Shown here: positions 25,794 through 32,000 of the stretch, one piece after another
Layout of the letters: each line of letters begins with the position of its first letter
Numbering within the stretch: position 1 is the stretch's first letter
NCBI RefSeq assembly: GCF_014396165.1
Contig: NZ_CP060715.1
Coordinates: 1,560,001-1,592,000, forward strand
DNA: 32,000 nucleotides
Source: Erysipelothrix inopinata
GTDB taxonomy: Bacteria > Bacillota_I > Bacilli_A > Erysipelotrichales > Erysipelotrichaceae
Direction: 5' to 3'
The notes under the pieces: model-generated
Database searches by the model: none
Told to the model about the DNA's origin: nothing
Seen by the model: only the letters and a program-made list of their open reading frames with translations
Program-made: the position numbers and the translations under genes

Positions 25794-25830
25794 AAAACAT
25801 GAGGCTTCCAATGGGAGTCTCATGTTTTTT
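25794..25830. terminator. Bidirectional rho-independent terminator shared by the giant gene and cinA
   Basis: AAAACATGAGGCT / AGTCTCATGTTTT forms a 13-bp stem with one G-U pair, followed by T6. It lies between convergent stop codons. Confidence 0.7.
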
Positions 25831-25841
25831 GTATATATTAA

Positions 25842-27080
25842 TTAGAGTCTATCTAAGGTGTCCTTTAACGCGTGGAGTGCAGCAAGTTTTTTGATACTTT
25901 GACGCTCGTTTTTCAGATTGCGGCTCAGGTGATATTCCTTAACGGTTACATCATCCTTGATTGCGACTGCAATGTACACTAGGCCTACAGGTTTATCATC
26001 GCGGTAAGTAGTAGGGCCTGCAACACCAGTAATGCCAATACCAATATCTGTTTGAGCATATTTTTGTATTCCTAATGCCATTTGTGTAGCAACTTTAGCA
26101 GTTACGGGAGTATTTTTCGCGATTTCATCGTGAGAAACACCCAGTAATGATTCTTTAAATGCTGAATCATAAGTGCATGCTCCGAATTTAAATACTTTGG
26201 AACTTCCGTCAACGGATGTGATAAGGTCACTAATCTTTCCACCTGTAAGACTTTCAGCGGTAGCTATGGTAATAGACCGTTCTATTAAGTGATCAACAAG
26301 AACCTGTGCCATATTGGGTTCATTGATGCTGTAAAGGTGATTTGTGAACTGATCTGATAGTAAAGCAACCATTGGTTTATTTAATGCTTGAGCTTCCTCA
26401 AGCGTTTTAGCTTTTGAAGTAACACGTAATACGACGTGGTCTACGGATGCATAAGGAGCGACACTAGGATTGCTTGAATAGAGTATCTCATCGCTAAGTG
26501 ATGCTTCTACAGATGATTCTCCAATGCCGAAGAGATAGAGGTAATCTGATACCAAACGTGCATCCATAAATTGTTCAAGATAGGGGACAACTTCATGATT
26601 TACCATGGGTTGCATTTCTTTGGGCGGACCGGGTAAAACAACAACAAGACTATGATGACATTTGAAAGCAAATCCCGGAGCAGACCCAGTTTCATTTTTA
26701 AAAACATGAGCACCTTCAATAACTAATGCTTGTTTCTTATTGTTATCAGTCATGGGTAAATTACGATCGGTATACGATTTCAGAATTTTATCCAAGCTAT
26801 CTTGGTGATAAACAAGAGGAATCCCTGATATTTCCGACATGATATTTTTTGTCATATCATCAAAAGTAGGGCCGAGGCCACCTGTTGTAATGATAAGTTC
26901 ACTCCGTGATAATGCTAATGATAATGCGTCGTTTAAACGTTGTGAGTTATCACCAACAACACTTTGGTAATAACAATCCATGCCTAATTCCGCTAGTTTT
27001 TGAGATAAAAATTGAACATTTGTGTTTAAGGTTTGTCCCATAAGTAATTCAGTACCAATACATATTATTTCTGATTTCAT
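25842..27080 (-). CDS. cinA: CinA-family competence/damage-inducible protein (MoCF-like domain plus nicotinamide-nucleotide amidase domain)
   Basis: MKSEIICIGTELLMGQTLNTNVQFLSQKLAELG.. is the classic CinA N-terminus. The C-terminal PncC-like ..ATAESLTGG.. is also present. I preferred the ATG at 27080, with a GAGGTG RBS 6 nt upstream, over the tracked GTG at 27089. Confidence 0.9.
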   Translation of the reverse strand: MKSEIICIGTELLMGQTLNTNVQFLSQKLAELGMDCYYQSVVGDNSQRLNDALSLALSRSELIITTGGLGPTFDDMTKNIMSEISGIPLVYHQDSLDKILKSYTDRNLPMTDNNKKQALVIEGAHVFKNETGSAPGFAFKCHHSLVVVLPGPPKEMQPMVNHEVVPYLEQFMDARLVSDYLYLFGIGESSVEASLSDEILYSSNPSVAPYASVDHVVLRVTSKAKTLEEAQALNKPMVALLSDQFTNHLYSINEPNMAQVLVDHLIERSITIATAESLTGGKISDLITSVDGSSKVFKFGACTYDSAFKESLLGVSHDEIAKNTPVTAKVATQMALGIQKYAQTDIGIGITGVAGPTTYRDDKPVGLVYIAVAIKDDVTVKEYHLSRNLKNERQSIKKLAALHALKDTLDRL

Positions 27081-27222
27081 TCCATTCACCTCAATTGATT
27101 CTTCTATTATTATATCAAAAACTAATTGACACAGATGTCATTTTAATGAAACTTGGTGGGTAAGTAGTTTTTGATAATTAGAAATGTTATAATTATACGG
27201 ATTAATGCTAAGGAGAATGTCT

Positions 27223-28812
27223 GTGTTAAGTACAAATAATTTATCGCTAATGTTTGATGGAAAGGCTCTGTTTGAAGATGTTTCAATTACATTTCATGAG
27301 GGAAACTGTTATGGAGTAATTGGAGCTAATGGAGCTGGAAAATCTACATTTTTAAAACTTTTAAGTAAGGAATTAGAACCAACAAGTGGTCATGTATCAC
27401 TTCAATCAGGAAAGAGACTCTCGTTTTTAAAACAAGATCACTTTGCGTATGATGATTTTACTGTGTTAGAAACAGTTATTATGGGTAACGATGCGTTATA
27501 CCAAGTTATGAAAGAAAAAGATGAAATCTATATGAAACCAGATTTCACTGAAGAAGATGGAATTCGTGCAGGTGAACTTGAAGAAAAGTTTGCTGATATG
27601 GATGGTTGGAATGCGGAAGCTGAAGTCTTTACCTTATTAAATGGACTTAAGGTTGATTCAAAGTATCATGAAGCACCCATGTCAACACTACCAGGACCTG
27701 ATAAAGTTAAAGTGCTTTTAGCACAAGCAATTTTTGGAAATCCTGATGTTTTATTATTGGATGAGCCTACAAACCACTTAGATGCAGATGCAATCCGTTG
27801 GTTAGAGGAATTCGTGATTAATCTAGATTCTGTTGTTATTATCGTTTCTCACGACCGTCACTTTTTAAATAAAACATGTACTCATATTGCTGATATTGAT
27901 TACGGTAAGATTCAAATGTTTGTTGGGAACTATGATTTCTGGTATGAATCCAGTCAATTAATTCTTAAACAAATGAAAGATGAAAATAAGAAAAAAGAAG
28001 ATAAAATTAAGGAGCTTCAAGATTTTATTGCGCGATTTAGTGCGAATGCATCGAAGTCGAAACAAGCAACATCACGTAAACAAGCACTTGCTAAAATTCG
28101 TGTTGAAGATATGGTTCCTTCCAAACGCCGTTATCCGTTTATTGAATTTAAGCCAAAACGTAGCTTGGGACAATCTGTGTTTACAATGGACTCAGTATCT
28201 AAAGAAATTGAAGGACGTAAAGTTCTCGATAATATCTCATTAACAATCAAAAACGGTGACAAAATCGCATTTGTAAGTTCAGATGAAACTGCCATTACAA
28301 CGTTCTTTGATGTTATTACAGAGACAATTCCAATGGACTCCGGTGAAGTTCACTGGGGGTCATCTGTTGAATACGGCTATTTCAATAAAGCGTTTGATAA
28401 AGAATTTGAAGTTGAAGATCGCATTGTTGATTGGTTGATGGAATTTTCCGATGAGAAAGATGAGACATTTGTACGTGGTTTCTTAGGGCGAATGATCTTC
28501 TCGGGAGATGACGCACTAAAATCTGTGAATGTCCTCTCAGGAGGGGAGAAAGTACGTTGTATGATGTCCAAGATGATGTTACTTGGAAGTAATGTACTTA
28601 TTATGGATGAACCAACAAACCACTTAGACATGGAATCCATTACTGCACTGAATAATGCATTAATTCGTTTCCCAGGTACCTTGCTCCTTGCGTCACATGA
28701 TCAACAAATTATGGAAACAACAGCAAATCGCGTGGTTGAAATCTGCGAAGATGGAACGCTCAAAGACTTCTTAGGAACATATTCTGAATATCTCGATCAA
28801 AAAAATAAGTAG
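27223..28812 (+). CDS. ABC-F family ATPase (YbiT/YkpA-like), with no membrane domain
   Basis: It has two cassettes (GANGAGKST..LLLDEPTNHLD and LSGGEKVR..LIMDEPTNHLD) joined by a charged linker (KDENKKKEDKIKELQDF). The N-terminus parallels E. coli YbiT as I remember it. The GTG at 27223 lies 7 nt after AGGAG. The ATGs at 27205 and 27217 are alternatives. Confidence 0.85.
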   Translation: MLSTNNLSLMFDGKALFEDVSITFHEGNCYGVIGANGAGKSTFLKLLSKELEPTSGHVSLQSGKRLSFLKQDHFAYDDFTVLETVIMGNDALYQVMKEKDEIYMKPDFTEEDGIRAGELEEKFADMDGWNAEAEVFTLLNGLKVDSKYHEAPMSTLPGPDKVKVLLAQAIFGNPDVLLLDEPTNHLDADAIRWLEEFVINLDSVVIIVSHDRHFLNKTCTHIADIDYGKIQMFVGNYDFWYESSQLILKQMKDENKKKEDKIKELQDFIARFSANASKSKQATSRKQALAKIRVEDMVPSKRRYPFIEFKPKRSLGQSVFTMDSVSKEIEGRKVLDNISLTIKNGDKIAFVSSDETAITTFFDVITETIPMDSGEVHWGSSVEYGYFNKAFDKEFEVEDRIVDWLMEFSDEKDETFVRGFLGRMIFSGDDALKSVNVLSGGEKVRCMMSKMMLLGSNVLIMDEPTNHLDMESITALNNALIRFPGTLLLASHDQQIMETTANRVVEICEDGTLKDFLGTYSEYLDQKNK

Positions 28813-28821
28813 GAATTAATT

Positions 28822-29952
28822 ATGAGGATATATTTACAACCCATTAAAACAGCAATGATTGTATTTCCGTTCCTAGCATTTGCAATTCTTATTCCATTTA
28901 TGATTTATCAGTACCGTAGATATGGTTCAGTATCTAAATTTCGTTCTTTTATAATTTATACTTTTATATTTTACTTGATGTCTGCATTCTTCCTTGTTAT
29001 CTTACCGCTTCCTGATAGAAGTACGGTACATACAACAATGAGAGACATGATGCAGCTTCAACCCGGTCGCTTTATTCGTGACTTTATGCAACATACGAAG
29101 TTTGTATGGGGAGATATGAGTACCCTTAAAGCTGGTCTGGTACAAGGCGTATTTACACAACCTGTTTTTAATATTATCATGGTCATTCCGTTTGGCATCT
29201 ATGGTCGATACTACTTCAACTGGTCATTTAAAAAGACACTATGCTTGTCATTTCTACTCTCATTATTCTTTGAAGTGACACAGTTAACAGGCTTGTATGG
29301 ATACTATCCAGGACCCTACCGACTCTTTGATGTTGACGATCTGTTTTTAAATACCTTGGGGGGCGTTATTGGTTTTGCAATCGCCCCTATGATGACCTTC
29401 TTCTTCCCAAAACGTGCTACTTTGGATTTGGAATCTTTCGAGAAATCAACACATGTATCCTATATTCGTCGCGGTGTTGCACTGCTTATTGATACAACGG
29501 TTATTCAAATCATTGCATCCATTTTGATTGTTGCACTCCGTGCAATTAAAGTAACAGTGATTCCAGACTTTGTCTTGAAAGCTGTCTTATTTATGATTTA
29601 TTACTTTATGCTTCTTTATGCAATGTCTGGGCAAACATTAGGTATGAAACTCGTGAAAATTAAAGTGATTTCAGAGAAGGAGTCTCTAAGAGGATGGCAA
29701 ATTCTTGTGCGTACTGGGTTATTTTACGTTCTCGTATATCAAGCGATTCCAATTATTTCTTATCTCTACCAATCATTTTTCACAGTTGATCTAACTGATG
29801 GTGTTCAAGCTTTAATTTATCTATTAATCTTTGGTGTGTATTACCTTGTTATGGGTATTCATTTCTTAGTTACCATCTTTACGCATGATAAACGTTTATT
29901 TTATGAACGAATTTCACGAACTCATATGGATAGCACATTTCATAAGCAATAA
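28822..29952 (+). CDS. VanZ-like / RDD-domain fusion membrane protein
   Basis: The N-terminal half of about 200 aa has VanZ-like topology (..FEVTQL..DVDDLFLNTLGGVIGF..). The C-terminal half has RDD-like features (RRGVALLIDT....GQTLGMKLVKIKV). Confidence 0.65.
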   Translation: MRIYLQPIKTAMIVFPFLAFAILIPFMIYQYRRYGSVSKFRSFIIYTFIFYLMSAFFLVILPLPDRSTVHTTMRDMMQLQPGRFIRDFMQHTKFVWGDMSTLKAGLVQGVFTQPVFNIIMVIPFGIYGRYYFNWSFKKTLCLSFLLSLFFEVTQLTGLYGYYPGPYRLFDVDDLFLNTLGGVIGFAIAPMMTFFFPKRATLDLESFEKSTHVSYIRRGVALLIDTTVIQIIASILIVALRAIKVTVIPDFVLKAVLFMIYYFMLLYAMSGQTLGMKLVKIKVISEKESLRGWQILVRTGLFYVLVYQAIPIISYLYQSFFTVDLTDGVQALIYLLIFGVYYLVMGIHFLVTIFTHDKRLFYERISRTHMDSTFHKQ

Positions 29953-30035
29953 GTTTGTGTGAGTCTTTGTGAATGTTCGGGGTATCTATACATTCGAACA
30001 GAAATGGTTTAAAATTAGAAATTGAGGATGATATT

Positions 30036-31499
30036 ATGAAGAAAAATAAAAATAAAGAATTCTTTCTATTTCGAGCTAAGTTTATTTTTGGTTTACAAGT
30101 TCTTATCAGTGCTCTCACTACATTTGCACTTTACCGTTTAAACTTACTTCCAATGAAATACTTTGGTATTGTAGTAGCATTAATTGTTGTCTTACTTTTA
30201 CTAGTAGGATTGATGCTTCTCAAATCCAAAAAAAATGGTGTCATTAATACAGGAAAAATCTTAAGTTTAATTCTGAGCCTCGCAATGATTTTAGGTACAA
30301 AATACGTCTTTGACGGAAACAGTTTCCTAAAGAAAATCACAGGCGCTGACAAAGATGTTCATTTGATTTCAGTTATTGTTATGGAAGATAGTAGCTATAA
30401 AAAATTTGATGACGTTAAGAATTTAGAGTTTGCTGCAAATACCGGATTTGATAAAGAAGGTATTGCGAAGGCTCAAGAACTAATTAAAAAGGAATTTAAA
30501 ACAGATGTTAAGACGGTTGATTATAAAACTTATGATCAATTAGCTGATAGTCTCTACACTGGTAAAAGTCAAGTCATGCTGCTTAGCGAAGCACACCGTG
30601 GCCTTATAAAAGAATCCCACGAAGACTTTGATCAAAAGACACGCGTTATCGCAACTGTCCAATATGACGAGGATAGTAATGTTAAGAAACGTGATGTGAA
30701 TGTTAAACAAGAAACGTTCTCGATTTTTATCACAGGAATCGATACTTATGGACCCGTCTCTACGGTAGCACGTTCAGATGTGAATATGATCATGACGGTT
30801 AATCCACGTCAACGTCAAGTGTTGCTTACTAGTATTCCTCGTGATTATCACGTGAAACTTGCATCAAAAGGCGCATATGACAAACTGACTCACTCTGGTA
30901 TCTATGGACCTATGGAATCAGTCAATACGCTAGAAAACCTACTTGATATTGAAATTGATTACTACTTGAAAGTTAATTTTAGTTCTGTAGAACGCATTGT
31001 TGACGCTCTAGGAGGAGTTGAAGTAAATTCATTTTATACCTTTAGCGTTGGAGGTTATTCGTACCAAAAAGGAATGAATCATATGAATGGCCCTATGGCA
31101 CTTCGATTTGTTCGCGAGCGAAAAACATTGCCAAATGGAGATTCGGATCGTGGACGTCACCAACAAGAACTTATCAAAGGAATCATTAACAAAGCGGCAT
31201 CACCTGCAATTATTACTAACTTTAACTCAATCCTAGATTCTGTTTCAGATAGTATTATTACAAGTATGCCTGATAATGAACTTCGTACATTGATTAAAAT
31301 GCAGGTAGATAATCCTGCATCATGGGATGTGCAAACAGCACAACTTAAGGGTACAGGGGCTTACAGTAAGACAACTTACTCAATGCCAGGTTGGAACTTG
31401 TACGTTATGGAGCCTGATTTCAATTCAGTGAATAATGCTACAAAACTTATCCATGATATGGAAAACAACAAAGTTATTAAATCAAATAACGATAATTAG
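30036..31499 (+). CDS. LCP (LytR-CpsA-Psr) family cell-envelope polymer transferase
   Basis: It has an N-terminal TM anchor followed by the LCP core (..FSIFITGIDT...RSDVNMIMTVNP...LLTSIPRD..., ..ALRFVRERK..PNGDSDRGRHQQ). I chose the start at 30036 (MKKNKNK, GAGGA RBS) over the tracked 29973. Confidence 0.85.
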   Translation: MKKNKNKEFFLFRAKFIFGLQVLISALTTFALYRLNLLPMKYFGIVVALIVVLLLLVGLMLLKSKKNGVINTGKILSLILSLAMILGTKYVFDGNSFLKKITGADKDVHLISVIVMEDSSYKKFDDVKNLEFAANTGFDKEGIAKAQELIKKEFKTDVKTVDYKTYDQLADSLYTGKSQVMLLSEAHRGLIKESHEDFDQKTRVIATVQYDEDSNVKKRDVNVKQETFSIFITGIDTYGPVSTVARSDVNMIMTVNPRQRQVLLTSIPRDYHVKLASKGAYDKLTHSGIYGPMESVNTLENLLDIEIDYYLKVNFSSVERIVDALGGVEVNSFYTFSVGGYSYQKGMNHMNGPMALRFVRERKTLPNGDSDRGRHQQELIKGIINKAASPAIITNFNSILDSVSDSIITSMPDNELRTLIKMQVDNPASWDVQTAQLKGTGAYSKTTYSMPGWNLYVMEPDFNSVNNATKLIHDMENNKVIKSNNDN

Positions 31500-31501
31500 T
31501 C

Positions 31502-31533
31502 AAAAAAAGAGAACTCTCCGGAGTTCTTTTTTA
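31502..31533 (+). terminator. Rho-independent terminator of the LCP gene
   Basis: AGAGAACTC tccg GAGTTCTTT followed by a T-run. Confidence 0.75.
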
Positions 31534-31549
31534 GGTTCTTTAAAATCTG

Positions 31550-31585
31550 GTGTTGGTGAGATATTTATCTCATCAACACTTTTTT
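31550..31585 (+). terminator. Second strong hairpin plus T-run (tandem terminator or IS-proximal structure)
   Basis: GTGTTGGTGAGATA tt TATCTCATCAACAC forms a 14-bp stem with one G-U pair, followed by T6. Confidence 0.5.
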
Positions 31586-31667
31586 ATTTTAGATAATAAA
31601 AAAAGACATAGATAAGTAAATCCTCTATACTAAAGTCACCACAACCAGAGAAAGGGATCCATCATCT

Positions 31668-32000
31668 ATGTCCAATCAAAATAATACACGAATTTTACTT
31701 AATATTAAAGACAAATCCATACATTTTTCAGATGAAAGTGTTCAACAAGAAGTCATAAAAGGAGTTTTATCTCACGTTGTATACGCTACACACTCTCCGG
31801 ATCATCCCGATTATTGCACAAAATGTGGTTGCATTAATCAAGATAACTCTATTATTAAAAACGGAACTAAGTCTGTCACAATTAAACTTCCAAAGTGTTC
31901 TAATTTCACAACCTACTTAAAACTTAAAAAACAACGCTATTACTGCAAGATGTGTTCGCATACATTTATCTCTCAAACAAACCTAGTTGATAAAAACTGC
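31668..32000 (+). CDS. ISL3-family transposase, N-terminal zinc-finger part, 3'-truncated by the window edge
   Basis: The frame is open from the ATG at 31668 to the end of the window, so it is absent from the ORF track. MSNQNNTRILLNIKD...HPDYCTKCGC....NGTKSVTIKLP......YLKLKKQRYYCKMCSHTFISQT matches the C-x2-C...KxQRxxC-x2-C zinc-finger N-terminus of ISL3 transposases. Confidence 0.7.
   Translation, partial: MSNQNNTRILLNIKDKSIHFSDESVQQEVIKGVLSHVVYATHSPDHPDYCTKCGCINQDNSIIKNGTKSVTIKLPKCSNFTTYLKLKKQRYYCKMCSHTFISQTNLVDKNC

Noticed and set aside
27134-27162. Tiny uORFs (MSF*, MKLGG*) as an antibiotic-sensing attenuator for the ABC-F gene
   Set aside because: The ABC-F protein looks YbiT/YkpA-like rather than ARE-type. 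No terminator/antiterminator pair is visible, and the leader is short.
27980-28640. ORFs 27980..28243(+) and 28377..28640(-)
   Set aside because: They are out-of-frame or antisense shadows within the ABC-F gene.
29879-30352. Minus-strand ORFs 29879..30118 and 30131..30352, and the tracked start at 29973 for the LCP gene
   Set aside because: The minus-strand ORFs are antisense to well-supported genes. The LCP protein begins most plausibly at MKKNKNK (30036), which has its own RBS.
1-32000. Defence island, prophage, secretion system or biosynthetic cluster
   Set aside because: I looked for nucleases, helicases, methyltransferases, reverse transcriptases, phage structural genes, and sortase or pilus operons. 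None is present. Apart from the IS elements, the TA remnant and the giant wall protein, the gene content is housekeeping.

Overview
This is an AT-rich chromosomal segment from a low-GC Gram-positive bacterium (Bacillota-like). The evidence is AGGAGG-type ribosome-binding sites, a lipobox lipoprotein, a sortase-type sorting signal, an LCP protein and a ykoFEDC operon. Most genes are housekeeping or core. They include a TPP-riboswitch-controlled ykoF-E-D-C HMP/thiamine ECF importer, argS, a LOG-family protein, proline iminopeptidase, sdaAB/sdaAA, an orphan msmX-type sugar ABC ATPase, a PucR-type regulator, a VanY-like DD-carboxypeptidase, a GntR/HutC regulator, galE, cinA, a YbiT-like ABC-F protein, a VanZ-RDD membrane protein and an LCP protein.

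Accessory content:
- At the 5' edge, a DUF1828-like fragment, an RHH antitoxin with only a stub of a toxin, and a lipoprotein.
- A complete IS3-family element (13124..14941) inserted exactly in the loop of a bidirectional terminator.
- The start of an ISL3-family transposase at the 3' edge.
- A 7.2 kb gene for a 2400-aa, cysteine-free, IPPTG-anchored modular surface protein. Its 310-nt upstream region is unusually rich in ordered repeat motifs.

I found no rRNA, tRNA or CRISPR, and no recognisable defence, secretion or biosynthetic system. The best candidates for a second look are the giant wall protein with its structured control region, the IS-in-terminator insertion, and the G7 frameshift that splits ykoC. 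All family assignments come from reading motifs by eye. No searches or computations were run.
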